From the NCBI RefSeq assembly GCF_022045235.1, contig NW_027266271.1, forward strand, positions 9,176,001 through 9,240,000: a stretch of DNA of 64,000 nucleotides, given 5' to 3'. Source of the stretch: Haliotis cracherodii. Taxonomy: Eukaryota. Shown here piece by piece: positions 1 to 12,276 of this stretch; the first letter of the stretch is position 1, and each line of letters begins with the position of its first letter. Both the position numbers and the translations under genes were made by a program. Under the pieces are notes generated by a model. The model was not told where the DNA came from and did not search any database. It saw only the letters and a list, made by a program, of their open reading frames with translations.

Positions 1-108
1 ACAATCACCTACAAATATGATTGACTTGTCTCAAGCCTTCCAACAACAAAGTTCTGATACAAGTGTGGATTATTTGATGTATAAGCACAAGGGTGGGATT
101 TAATTTAT

Positions 109-380
109 CTATGACTCCAACTTATTGTCACCATCACTGTCCTCTCCAATCTCCTCTCCATGCAGAGCCTCTTGACTTCTGTGAGTGTGGCGAGACAGTC
201 GGGATGCAAGTCCCGAGGCTGGAGTCAGTGTGGTGCTACCCTGCAAGTCCTCCATTTGACCCTGCTCTGGGGGCTCCACAGAGTGCTGGGACGGTTCATG
301 TTTTTCACACTTCACCAGTGTCTGCAAGCTATCTGCACGCTGCACTGGCTCTGCATCTATGGACAAATATAGACGAAAAT
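109..380 (-). CDS. Gene A last coding exon (unknown acidic low-complexity protein, C-terminus ...DGDNKLES*)
   Basis: Acceptor ttttcAG|AT at 382-381 (minus). Open frame (ORF 109..366) to TAG at 109. The phase-1 start matches the phase-1 end of exon 5716-5665. Confidence 0.7.
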
Positions 381-578
381 CTGAAAACTATACTTTTTTA
401 ATGTACACTAAACTAGAGTTATTATGAACTAAAGGGACCCCAAATTTTATTTTGTTATAACCGTAGTTCTTTATAAGCACATGTACAGCAAATATACGCC
501 AAATGACCAAGACCAAAAAACAAGTTTGATATATGTCAGTTTGTTATAAGCATAGTTTATTGTACTCACCAAGAGATT

Positions 579-860
579 GAGTGAGTGAGTGAGTTGGGTT
601 TTACGCCGCTTTTAACAGTATTCCTGTTATATCACGGTGTGTCAGCTTAATGTGGGAGGAAAGCCCAAAGTGATGCAGGTCTCAGACATTTACCACTTCA
701 GTGAAACCCACGAGCACGGGTATGGTGCTGACAAACCTAAAAACATAATTGGGGCGAACCTGGATTCGAACCCACAATCATAGGTTTCTGGCGTGTCCAC
801 GGGACGTAAATCTGCACAGCAAATCGCAGCACCTTAGATGACTGGGCCACCTGTGCCCCC
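579..860 (-). mobile_element. SINE family A (tRNA head, V-domain-like body, (ACTC)n tail)
   Basis: Reverse complement of 29447-29723. Confidence 0.9.
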
Positions 861-1723
861 CCCCCCCCCTCCCCCACGAAGATAGAGAGTGATCAAGACT
901 TAACTCTTCAGAACAATATTTGTGTTCTGCTGGAGAAAGCCCCAAATGCTACATCTACATTTACCACTTTGGTGAAACCCAGGAGCAGGGGACTAGAGAA
1001 ACACACCAAGGAACATAATCTGGGGGAATATGGGAATAAAGCCCTCTATCATTAGATCCTGGGACAACTAAGGGACTCAACTCAACACAGTGAAATGCAG
1101 GCAAAAATGGTAAAACCTTTCCCCAATAGTCGTGATACACCAATGACCTTAACTGTTGAGAATACGGGATCAGATACCTGGATCAACTTATCCTGGTATG
1201 GTCAAGGGACACAACTCTGGACAGCTCTGGAAACTACAGGGACATCTATGCCTGGGTAGACACCATGATTATAATGTGTGCTATCCATCATATCTTTTCA
1301 GGGCAGACATCAGTCCAGTCACACATTGATATTAATAGCCCAACTGGCTAGAGAAAATTGCCTTTGTCTCTAGCTAACCCCAAAACCATTTGGGACAGAG
1401 CATACTCTTGTCGATGATAGAATTTAAAAATGACATCATATGATATATTGAGGTTGTTCCTAATACATGATGCTTACCATCCCAAACATGCTCAAGTGAT
1501 AACTTCTATGTAGCTCATACTCATACAGTTAAATTTCTGTTATTTTCTAAAAGACAAATTATAGTAATCTAAGACTGCTGCAATTTCCTACTTGTTCCAC
1601 TTGTTTCCAAATCCTATAACACAGCACCAAAACACCCCCCAACTGTCACAACTGCACACACTCCGCACCAAACAACTGCCTGTTCCTACTTCTAGTACTT
1701 CGCAAAGCAAGCTGTCAGAAGCT

Positions 1724-1850
1724 GTGAGTGAGTATATGCCGCTTTTAGCAATATTCCAGTAATATCCCGAGCGGAGACACCAGAAATGGGCTTCACACAT
1801 TATACCCATGTCGGGAATTGAACCCGGGTCTTTGACGTGAAGAGCGCCTG
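1724..1850 (-). mobile_element. SINE family B (short tRNA-derived), 5'-truncated
   Basis: gcttttagcaatattccag...gggcttcacacatt...gaacccgggtctt shared with the other copies. Confidence 0.85.
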
Positions 1851-3975
1851 CTTCGCGGACAAGGTAGCCATGGCAGCCAATGCGTTCTGACGACATGACA
1901 CCTCTGGTAAATCTTCAGCCAATGATGGCTACTCTTAAGCAATTGTTGAGTTTGTTGAAAAGACTACTAATGAATTAAAGATTATGAGGCAGGATCAGGT
2001 CTGACTTTTCGATGTTTATCAACCAGCCCAGCTGCTCCAGGAGATGCTGAGAGAACAATATAGGTTGGAGAAGTAGCCATTGAAGTACACTGGCGAGGAG
2101 GATATCTTCGATGAACAAGTGGAACCTTACCCCTCTTTGATGCAGAAACAACAGAATATGGCTGGTGGAGAGAGGAAAACAACTATCAGATATTCCCAGA
2201 CACTCCAGATAGCCTTCGTTGAAGACCTTGAGGTTATGAGAGTGGAATTTTCTTATGGCACCAGGAGTATGTTGGAACTTAAACCCAGAGTCAGATGATT
2301 GGCTGGAGTTTCTTCCACTGCGTTCATTTCTAGTAGAAGAGATACATTTTCCCAGATGAGGTTGGCATGGTCTTCAGAAAAAATATCTTCTCTCTGTACT
2401 TAACAGGGGAGCTGCAACCAGCATAAGTTTGAACTTGTAGGGTTTTCAACCACCAACGGGTCTGATATTAACTGCTGCACATTTCTCATATACGGTTGAA
2501 GTCTACCCCTACCAGTCTGGATGTCACACGGGTAATGGGGGGAGGAAGGTCCCAAGTTCTGACTACAAGGAGGCAGTCACTTTTGGAGAACTGAAAAAAA
2601 GTCCAGAGGTTTCCCTTTCTGAAATTCCTTTGTAAGCAGAAACCCTGACCTGATAGGATTGTTTGTTTGTTTGTTGTTTAACGCTGCACTCAGCAATATT
2701 AGGAAGGCTGAAAGGAACCTTTGCGCAAACAGGACTTTTTCCTTAACGTCTGCCTCAAACACATGTTCTTCATTATGAAGGTCCTGTAGCGAGCCTAAGC
2801 AAGATCTACCCTTTGAACTGACTGCAACGCTGTCACCGTGGCCTCAGTTTGCGCTCCTGCCAGTAAATCTCGGTAAAGGGGTAGATCCAACCGTCGATAA
2901 GTGTAGAAGAAGACCATGGCTGTTGCAGCAACTATGCCTTGACAAGCCGGTCCCAAGATGACTCACAGAGGACCCCCTGCCATCTAATGGCCCCAATCCA
3001 TGCATATCAATACTGCATAATGACGTAAAGTAGTTCCTAAATGTGTGCGCAATGGAGCGGACAAGAGCTTCCCTCTCAGTATGTGGAGGTCCTAGAAAAG
3101 CCATAACAGCAGTAGTAGCAGAAGTTGTCAACGATCCTGTGATAGACAATGAAACAATAGCCAATCTAAAAGTTGTGGAACTTACTGCAGTAACTGGGTC
3201 ACCATCCGACAGGGACAGACCTCTCTCTGGCGACCTACGACCCTCTCTACAAACTAACTAAAGCAGCAACTACCCTGATCACCCTTTCTGTAATCGTACA
3301 TGGAAGACCTCCTGTCACCCACCAATCTGTCACAGTCCCCGCAAGTGGTAGCTCTCGATGGCCGATGTTCAGCAACCTACTAGAACAACATCTGTTACTA
3401 TCAAACAGGTGGCCACTAGCTATTACAGTAGACAATCGACCTTGTTGAGCCTTATTAGATGATCTGCAATGATGGTGGTGATCTGTTAAACGAACCCTGG
3501 CAAGATAAGCAACCCTCAGACAACAAGACATATGGTAATTCAGGAGACACACCAGGGTGGAACCGTTCCAAATGCTGCAAATGATGCCCTGGCTGCTCTT
3601 TGGACTGCAACCTCTTATCAACGGACAACATCCCAGGCTCCCTTGTCTGCAACCGCTCAGCGGGTATCAGGTGAAGTCCGGGTGACAACATCTCTTGATG
3701 TCTGCATGTTAGCGTACTCGCCAAGGGCTGGTAAATCTGCATACAGAGATGAAACCACTTGCTGATGCTGTCTTCGATTGCTATGCCAAATTTATTTCCA
3801 CCAAAGCTGTGCCAAAAGCTGAACTGCCCCGGCACCCCTGCCATAGAAGCAGGGACAGTCTCTCTTGAAGTAGCCAAAATAGTAGATGTGGACATCAAAC
3901 ATTGGTAGCCTCCGGACAGACAACACATGAGAAAGTCTCCAAGTATGTCAGTATCCACTTCAGAGCCAGACACCA

Positions 3976-4084
3976 GGGGCCCGTTTCACAAAGCGATCGT
4001 AGCGCTACGACAACTGTAACTCCTATACTTAAAACATAGACTTCGACCGTCTTAGCGCTACCATCTCTTTGTGAAACGGGTCCC
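3976..4084. mobile_element. 109-bp MITE, PIF/Harbinger-like
   Basis: TIR gggcccgtttcacaaag / ctttgtgaaacgggtccc, plus an internal inverted tagcgcta. Confidence 0.75.
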
Positions 4085-5293
4085 TGAAGGATCACTACAG
4101 TGTCTGCCATTGTGTATCACTGGAGCACACAGACAAAAACATTACACCAAAGAGTCAAGACTTGCATAAATATTAAAAGCCAGATCAGTAAACACACAAA
4201 GAGAAACAAATCCAAAAACAACAATGCAATAACAAAAGCCCATTTCAAAGGCCGGTGAAAGTTGTACAAAGACACAAATACCTGAACAAGCTGCTGATAA
4301 AAAGAGAAAGCACACAAAATACACACCTCAAACACAACTAACTACCAAATGTAAGTGTATGTATACCTCCAAACGAATATTACAGCAAAATAGTAAAGCT
4401 GAAATGAAAATATGTCACACAAAAAGGATTCTGAAGAGCAAACGAAAACCTTGACTGCCCAGTCAGAGCGACAAGTAGCAGGATGAAGCTGCATCGCAGG
4501 AGGGGAGCATGTGCAGCGGTGCCTACCAGTGGGGGACTGTTTTCGGTGCTGTGGTATAGGATTCGGGAACAAGTTGGAAATTGCTGCAGTCTTAACAGGA
4601 CAAGAAATAATAGGATACATTTAAAGTAATTTCAAGATAATGTACTTAAAACATTTGCTTTTAAAATAGATGACACTTCCATGAGTTTGGTCACTTTGGT
4701 GTATACATAAAGGTTTAATTGTAGCAAGAACAAAACATGTTAAGAGTTATGAGAATAAAATCTACAAGTTAATCCTCATGATTAACACAGATACAGCCCT
4801 ATCAAATATGAACTTTGCAGATTATTACAGAGCGAGACAGGAGTAAATTGGAGGTAAGGGAAGTAACTCTGCCAGGAATGCACCAACCAGGGTTTATCTG
4901 CATTCCAAACCAACAAGTGCCCTTGGCAGGCAAGCTAAGGAAAAGACAGTGATTGCTATATTTTTTTATAAAGTCATAAATTTTCATAAATTAGGAGATA
5001 CTTTATCATTGTATTCAACATGTTCACAGCCACAGCTATAGCCATTACAACATGATTTGGGAAATTCCAAATTTGTAATAACAGTGTCTGCAGACTCTTG
5101 GCAAATAGTGGCCTCTGAGCAGGTCTAGACAAACCCTGTAAACATGTTTTGACCATCTGTATTTTTTAAGGAGATAGAACCCAATTGATAAGCCAGGTTA
5201 GTGGGTACTGAACTAGTTCAGAATAAACACTGACAACATTACAAAGAATATTGACATTCACACCAGTTGCAATATGTTTGGGACGGTGAAATG

Positions 5294-5556
5294 AGTGAGT
5301 GAGTTGGGTTTAACACTACTTTTAACAGTATTCCAGTTATATCACGGCGTGTCAGCTTCATGTGGGTGGAAAGCCTGGTGATGCAGGTCTCAGACGTTTA
5401 CCACTTCGATGAAACCCACGAGCAAGGGTATGGTGCTGACAAACCTAGAGATTTGAACCCAAGATCATGGGTTTCTGGCGTGTCCAAGGGACGCAACTCT
5501 CCACAGCGATTCGCGGCGCCTTAGATGACTGTGCCAGCCATGCCCCCTCCCCCCCT
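5294..5556 (-). mobile_element. SINE family A
   Basis: Homologous to 29447-29723. TSD cggtgaaatg at 5284-5293 and 5557-5566. Confidence 0.9.
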
Positions 5557-5664
5557 CGGTGAAATGGAAAACTGAAAGAATTTCATAAACCTTAGAAATG
5601 ATAAACACACCAGACAAATCACAAATTTCAATACATAACAGTTTTAAGTATCGTCTCAAGTTAC

Positions 5665-5716
5665 CTGTGCCTGTATGATAGCCTGATGTCGAAGCAGCTT
5701 GTCTCGGAACTGTTTC
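5665..5716 (-). CDS. Gene A 52-bp coding exon (ETVPRQAASTSGYHTGT)
   Basis: ttgtatttcAG acceptor and CAG|GTAAC donor, phase 0 to 1. The SGYxTGT motif is shared with the equivalent exon of gene B. Confidence 0.75.
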
Positions 5717-6560
5717 CTGAAATACAATAATATAATAGTGTCATCCTAAGAGATTAAGCAGAATGTGGACAATCGCAACTATAAAAAAATCTGTTCTGAT
5801 TAAGATTGACTACATACTGTATTAATGTGTAAGCCATTTCACATACAGTAATTTCTCAAACTTGAGATTGACAAAAGAGACATGAATGTACGAAGTGTTC
5901 ATAACAAGTAAAACATCTGAAACATGTTTAACAATGTTTTTTCAACCAATCAGACTGTGTCAAAGTGATACACTCCCATTTATTCTACAATGTGGTCACA
6001 TATTTGTGCTCTGTGGATTCATGATGACACCTTCCATTGTTTAAGGTACGCCAATCAATGAAGCATGTTGATAGGTAAAACAATAGAAGATTATAGGGAC
6101 CGTCTCCCAGGCAAGTGAGCGAAGTCAACGATGGTGAACTTAGTTCACTCGAGAATTAAGTACAACTGCACTAAACAAGTCACTAGATTCTGTTCCCACA
6201 CATCCTAATGATGACGCCAAGATCTTTGGTAACAATTTCTTGTCCAAAATGAAACAAATGGTGAGAGACAATGCCACACTGGTGTCAAAGATTTTCAGAG
6301 ATGTTAGAGGTAAGTAAATTCCCCTTGTTTAATTTTTGAGATTTAAAGAAGAAAATGTGTCCGAGATGTTTTTATTTTCTTTATCATTGTCATCTCATAG
6401 TTTCTTCATCAAGCCAAAAAAGAAAAATAGAAGAAGGTGTAGCAGATATTTTGATTTCACTCATCCATACAATATACTAATGATTCTCTGTCAACTATTT
6501 CAGAACTTCGTGCTACAAAAGGAGATGAGGAAAAAGATAGGCGACTTGACTTGCGATGCA

Positions 6561-6675
6561 GGCCGCACAGCGCAGACCACACATCTCAGACCGCACAGCG
6601 CAGACCACACAGCGCAGACCGCACAGCACAGACTGCACAGCGCAGACCGCGCAGCGCAGACCACATAGCGCAGAC
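6561..6675. repeat. 14-bp minisatellite (gcacagcgcagacc)n, about 8 copies
   Basis: Direct tandem units. Confidence 0.9.
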
Positions 6676-7278
6676 TCCTGAGTGGCCTAACAACCATCCA
6701 GCAATATCATGACACTGTCAAATAACATTACCATGTAAATGTAATTGTACTTCTTTAGAAAACTAACTGTGAATTTATTGTGTCGTATTCTATATATCAT
6801 TTCATAAATTGTATTGGTTATTTTCCGCGAATGCCATTATGTAAATTGTGGATCTTGACTGATGAGTGTTCAACACAAGGAACTAGTTCAATTCTTATTT
6901 GAAATATCGCTTCGGGACCATTGCTTATGCATCCTTGACACGATCCCCATGCTTGTAACAACAGTGGCATGGTGAAGCTGAGGGCACAGACTAAACCATT
7001 CAGCTATAGACACAAACAGTGTTCTGTCAAATGATCCATTCTCGCCTCAGACTTGATTGTAGCGATTTAAACTTCCATCAACTTGAAAGCCACATCTCAA
7101 AACGCATCATGCTCTAGTGTCTATCCAATAATCCGTTTGAAGATATACTGCATTATTTTTTCACATGACCGAAATACAATATTTTAAGAAACAATTTGAT
7201 TTTTATTTGAAAGGTTACAGTTTAAATTCAGCGATTTATGGGAATGGGAATGGAAATGAAAACAAATTTCAATATATT

Positions 7279-7632
7279 GAACTGCGATCAAAGTGTGGTC
7301 GACGTATAGTTTAGTTACAGAGCAATTTGCCGTAGACAAGGTAACTAAAAATAGCATGGTTAATGCTCTTCGACCCACAACTAATTATCGATTCGACAGG
7401 ACAACTGCACACATCAGTTGAATTGCGATGGAAGTGTGGTCGCGCATAATTTAGTTACAAAACAACTCGCCGTAGACAAGGTAACTAAAAATAGCATGGT
7501 TAATGCTCTTCGACACACAACTAATTATCGATGTGACAGGACAACTGCACACGTCAGTTCAACTGTGATCGAAGTGTGGTCGGCACATAATTTAGATACA
7601 GAGCAACTCGCAGTATACAAGGTAACTAAAAA
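7279..7632. repeat. About 140-bp tandem repeat, about 2.5 copies
   Basis: aa(c/t)tg(c/t)gat..aagtgtggtcg recurs at 7280, 7421 and 7561. Confidence 0.9.
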
Positions 7633-7817
7633 ATATGAGCAGTACTATAAAGTATGGGAAGACGATGCATACACTGAATAACCATAATAAAAAAGCCAAA
7701 GTACTGCACACAACAAAAAACCATAAGAATGCGTACATTCACCAACAGTTTTTATTGTAACCTGTTATCTGGCACGAAGTGTGGAGCAAAAAGTCCAAAG
7801 TGAATAAAGCACAAATT

Positions 7818-8960
7818 CACTGTCTTTTCTGGGAGATCTGTTGTGCCACCACCAGTGGGCCAAACTGTTTGAGTCCTTCAACATCTTCTGTTGAGATATC
7901 TCTGAGATAATGGGAATCAAACACTGAAGTAGATCTCCAAAAGCAGCCCACCATATAATAGCTTGCAGCGAACAATTACTGTGGAGTGCTAATGTTGAAG
8001 CTATGGCTCGAACTTCATGCGGATGAGAGGAGGTGGGAGGTGCGAGTCCTTGCGCTTCGTAAGCTCTGAGAATGACCGCTCAGAGAGAGTATTACGTGTA
8101 ATCTCTTTCTTTGCATTGGTTGAGAGCGGTATGAACAGCCATCGAAAATGTTGTCATCGCTGTTCAGATCGCTGCAGGTAAATACGAAGCGCACGAACTG
8201 GGTACAGGGTGAGATCAGCGTGATCATGAGGGCCCATAATGGCAGACAAGCAAGGAATGTGGAACATTCTCAATTCTTGGCCAGGAAGTTGATTTTTCAC
8301 TAAAAAGTCCCATCTGAGACCAAGGTGGATGTTGGCATTGTTACGCTGATCGAACGTAATCCGACCGACGTCAATGGCCTGTATATCCGTTACTCTCTCT
8401 GCCGTAGCCCGCGAGAGAAGGAAAGCGGTTTTCTGAGACCAAAAGTCGAACGCGACCTGATCTAGAGGCTCGTAAGTCTGACTAGACAGGTTGTGCATAA
8501 CGACATCGAGGTCCCAGGCCGGCGGTCGGAATTTACGTGACTGATCTTCTACCATGAAGGCACCTAGAATCTTCTGCAACTCCGGTACTTTAGTGAAGCC
8601 AAAGCTGCCAGATAAGTCGAGATCGCCGACCCTTTCAGATGCCGAGATGACCGGAGTGAGTGAGTGAGTGAGTGAGTGAGTGAGTGAGTATGGTTTACAA
8701 CGCTTTTAGCAATATTCCAGCAATATCACGTCAGAGGACACCATGGGCTTCACACATTGTACCCATGTTGGGAATCGAACTCGGGTCTTCGGCGTTAGAT
8801 GACCGGAGATAGACTAGGAACTCCGCCCCCCGTGGTGGGGTTGCTACCGCCGGGTTGAAGCCACAAGACCGGTAAAAATGAGAAAGCCGTCCACTTGTCA
8901 TCATACAGCTAACGAGTCGTAACTCAATGTGCAGACGAGACAAGCGCTGCCGCTTTAGCC
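7818..8960 (-). pseudogene. DIRS-b tyrosine recombinase (disrupted by a SINE and frameshifts)
   Basis: PAWDL, KTAFLL..ATAERV.DI, YPVRAL, HEVR and HY catalytic motifs. Confidence 0.88.
8657..8796 (-). mobile_element. SINE family B inserted in the DIRS-b YR
   Basis: (GAGT)n tail. 12-bp TSD agatgaccggag at 8645-8656 and 8797-8808. Confidence 0.92.
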
Positions 8961-8976
8961 GAATACCCTTTCTTCA

Positions 8977-9420
8977 TTAACGAGGTCTTAAGCAAACCCA
9001 GACGTGAAGCTGGAAGTTCTTTATCCCCGGATGCAAGTCGTCGGTGTGAGGATGAAGAAGGAGGTCATCTCGATTTGGCAACAGGAACGGTGGCTGATCG
9101 ATGATCTGAAGAAGTTCCGGGAACCACGTTCTGGTCGGCCAATAAGGCACGACCAAAAGCAGGCGTAGGTTGGCTGTTTGAACTGTCTCCAGTATCGATG
9201 GCATAAGCACTGTTGGCGGAAACGCGTAAGCGTCTAGACCCTCCCATGATATCGCTAGTGCGTCGTGGTTCCATGCCCGTGGGTCTGGAACCGGCGACAC
9301 AAATCGAGGGAGGCGGTTGTTGTACCGGGTTGCGAAGAGATCTACTTGGGGCAACCAGAGTCGATCTGTAAGCAGTTGAAAGACTGTCGAATGGATCATC
9401 CACTCCGTGGGGACAGCCTC
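8977..9420 (-). pseudogene. DIRS-b phage-like (Dam-type) methyltransferase domain
   Basis: EWMIH...VDLFATRYN...DALAISW...YAFPP...LVVPYWPTRTWFP, the MT domain known downstream of RNase H in DIRS1 elements. Confidence 0.85.
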
Positions 9421-9425
9421 GATGG

Positions 9426-10151
9426 TCACGACACGGCGTCGGCTATCACATTCTTGGCCCCCGGGATGTGACGGATGCGTACACCCATGTCCAAGTCGTC
9501 GACGAGAGCGTAGAACCTGAATGTCCAGTCCAGAAGGGCCGCCGACCGAGTCATACCCTGTTGGTTGATGTAGTGGATGACTGTGGAGTTGTCCGACTGT
9601 ATCATCAGCCGTTTCTGACGGAGTCGAAGTTTCCAGAACTCGACTGCCTGAATCACTGCTTCCATCTCGAGGTAGTTGATATGGAAGACCTTTTCTTCTA
9701 TCGACCACCGCCCGGCCGCTTGGTCATCCCCAAAGTGCATTCCCCAGCCTTCCAATGACGCGTCTACGAATAGGGGTAGTATGAACGGAGGCTCGCTCAT
9801 AAAGACGCCTTCGCAAACGTTCGACGGCTGGAGCCACCACTCCAGATGACAACGTAGCTGCGCAGAAAGTGGAACCAGGAGGTTGGGAAACTCCAGGTGG
9901 GGGTACAGCAATCTCTGCAGCAGACGAAGTTGAAGACGACATCGGCGAGTCAAGTTTTGGGCTGATGTCAACAGACCAAGGACTTCCTGCCACGTGTGCA
10001 CAGACGCCGGGGCATGCAGAAGTCTCGTAACGCTGCTGACAATCTTGTCCCAACAGTCTTGTGGTACCTTGACTAGATTGACTCCTGTCTGGAAGCGTAT
10101 CCCGATGTACTGTAGATCCCGAGTTGGTACTTTTGAAGGTTGACGATCCAC
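9426..10151 (-). pseudogene. DIRS-b RT thumb and RNase H
   Basis: FVDASLEGWG, HINYLEMEAV, QSDNSTVIHYINQQG, HIPGAKNVIADAVS. Confidence 0.9.
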
Positions 10152-10253
10152 CCAAGGTACCGTAGTAGACTCGGGGTGGTCGCTAACTCTCCTTGAACTG
10201 CTTCTGTGAACTGGTGAGCTTGGAGCCTCTAGGTAGAAGGCGACCCTGATTGC

Positions 10254-10757
10254 CTACTGATGGAGCCATTCTACGACCGTCTTCATGATCAATGTGAAAA
10301 TGCACGGGGCCGTAGAAAGTCCAAACGGGACGGCCGCCCACTCATATTGAATACCTTGGTATTTGAATCGGAGGTACTTCTGGAACTCGGAAGCTATTGG
10401 TACATGGAGATAGGCGTCCTGAAGGTCTATCGAGACAAGGAAGTCGTTCGGTAATATCATCCAACGCATATATCTGAGGGATATCATGGTGAATGTGTCG
10501 GGTTGTTGGAGGTGTGTTGCGTTGAACTTTTTGAGATTGAAAATAAGCCGCATCTTTGTGGAGTTTTTCTTGGGTACTAGAAAGATGGGCGAGTAGTACC
10601 CCAGCAATGGTGTCGATGTCCCTAGGCGAAGTACGGCCGTCTTTTCCACCAACGAATCGATGGCCTCCATCATCTGATCCGTTGGTGGAGTGTGGAATGT
10701 CGGGGATAATGGCAGTGGTGGCGTCGATCTCAGGCGTGGGGCGTAGCCTGTTGTCAA
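10254..10757 (-). pseudogene. DIRS-b reverse transcriptase (disrupted)
   Basis: YYSPIFLVPKK, RLIFNLKKFN, SIDLQDAYLHVPI, VPFGLSTAP motifs. Confidence 0.9.
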
Positions 10758-10887
10758 AATGTTCTGAATGTAAGGGTCGTTGAGGAAAGCCCACTTGTGG
10801 GCTTAGTGATGAAGTCTAAAGGTAACGACGGTGACAGCGGGGGAAGGGTCCTCACTTCTTTCCCCGCTGGCTCTTTCCCCCCTGGGA

Positions 10888-11127
10888 TTGGACGTTGCCA
10901 TGGTTACGCTGATTGAATGTAATCCGACCAACCTCAATGGCCTGTATTTCCGATACTCTCGCTGCCGTAGCCCGCGAGAGAAGGAAAGCAGTTTTCTGAG
11001 ACCATAAGTAGAACGCGACCTGATCTAGAGGCTCGTAAGTCTGACTAGACAGGTTGCGCAGAACGACCTCGAGGTCCCAGGCCGGCGGTCGGAATTTACG
11101 TGAATGATCTTCAACCATGAAGGCACG
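10888..11127 (-). repeat. Ectopic duplicate of a YR segment (copy of about 8330-8563) inside DIRS-b gag
   Basis: About 230-bp direct match, roughly 93% identical by eye. Confidence 0.9.
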
Positions 11128-11436
11128 TACATTCTCGTTCTGTAACGTCGTCGTGGGGCGTTCGAAACGGTGGCCGTCTGGACAGTTTGTATGAAGCCGA
11201 AATGATGATGTCACACTTGGCTTCCCTGGAGTACTCGTCCAGAACTTCGATGGTACGACCGTCAATCAACTGTTGCGATGACCACTGGGCCCGTTACAGT
11301 GTCCTGCCATGACGATCAGGTAGTTCAGTGCAGTCGATGTAACCATGACGACTTGCCGTAGTAATCTGGCCCGAGGACATCCAAGAGGCTGTCGTCATAA
11401 TCCATCGTCAACATCGATTGTGGAGGCGTAGATGAA

Positions 11437-12276
11437 GGAGCTGGTGTACTGGTTGACGGTCCATGCATCCCCGACACAGTTGAATCCTTCTTGGTCGAGA
11501 CGAGGACCGCCGCCATGATCTGGGCTATAAAAGCCGGTTCGATATGAAAGTGTGCGTCGTTCTGTCATTATCTTCACTACACCTCTGAACTCCCGGAAAC
11601 TCCCTGCGAGAAAGTCGCATGTCCCCATGGGGACGAGGGCTACGATCTCTAACTGTAGAAGTACTACGATCCCCATCGTAGTTATCATCCGAATCGGACT
11701 CCCGACGACCATGAAGGCGATGAACACCCTCGTGTCGTGTACTGTCTCTCGACGAGGCACTCGACCTGTCATCCCGACTTGAACAGGAACGACTTCTGTG
11801 TCCACTGTCGTCCCGTACGACGTCCCTATCGTTGTTGGTAGAATGAGATACGGAGCTGGTGTACTGGTTGACGGTCCATGCACCCCCGACGCAGTTGAAT
11901 CCTTCTTGGTCGAGAAGAGGACCGCCGCCGTAATCTGGGCTATCAAAGCCGGGTCGATATGAAAGTGTGACGAGGGCGTCGTTCTGTCATTATCTTCACT
12001 ACGCCACTGAACTCCCAGAAACTCCCTGCGAGAAAGTCGCACCTCCCCATGGGGACGAGGGCTACGATCTCTAACTGTAGAAGTACTACGATCCCCATCG
12101 TAGTTATCATCCGAATCCGACTCCCGATGACCACGAAGGCGATGAACGCCCTCGTGTCGTTTACTGTCTCTCGAGGAGGCACTCGACCTGTCATCCCGAC
12201 TTGAACGGGAACGACTTCTGTGTCCACTGTCGTCCCGTACAATGTCCCTATCGTTGTTGGTAGAATGAGATACGGA
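11437..12276 (-). repeat. About 415-bp tandem duplication within DIRS-b gag
   Basis: ggagctggtgtactggttgacggtcc recurs at 11437 and 11852, and the downstream sequences are collinear. Confidence 0.9.

Larger units (their letters stand above)
1530..4660 (-). mobile_element. Degenerate DIRS-like element (DIRS-a): ITR pair plus gag remnant; outer boundaries approximate
   Basis: Inverted repeats 1569-1665 vs 4503-4594 (taagactgc.gcaatttcc.acttgttcc...aatcctata.cacagcacc). Frameshifted CVVC...LPMFDVH zinc-knuckle typical of DIRS ORF1 near 3930-3860 on minus. Confidence 0.55.

Noticed and set aside
6336-6697. ORFs with TAQT/CAV repeats
   Set aside because: They are translations of the 14-bp minisatellite, with no splice or homology support.
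8977-9708. Bacterial/phage methyltransferase plus integrase (prophage or horizontal transfer)
   Set aside because: The domain order RT-RNase H-MT-YR with gag is the standard DIRS1 layout.
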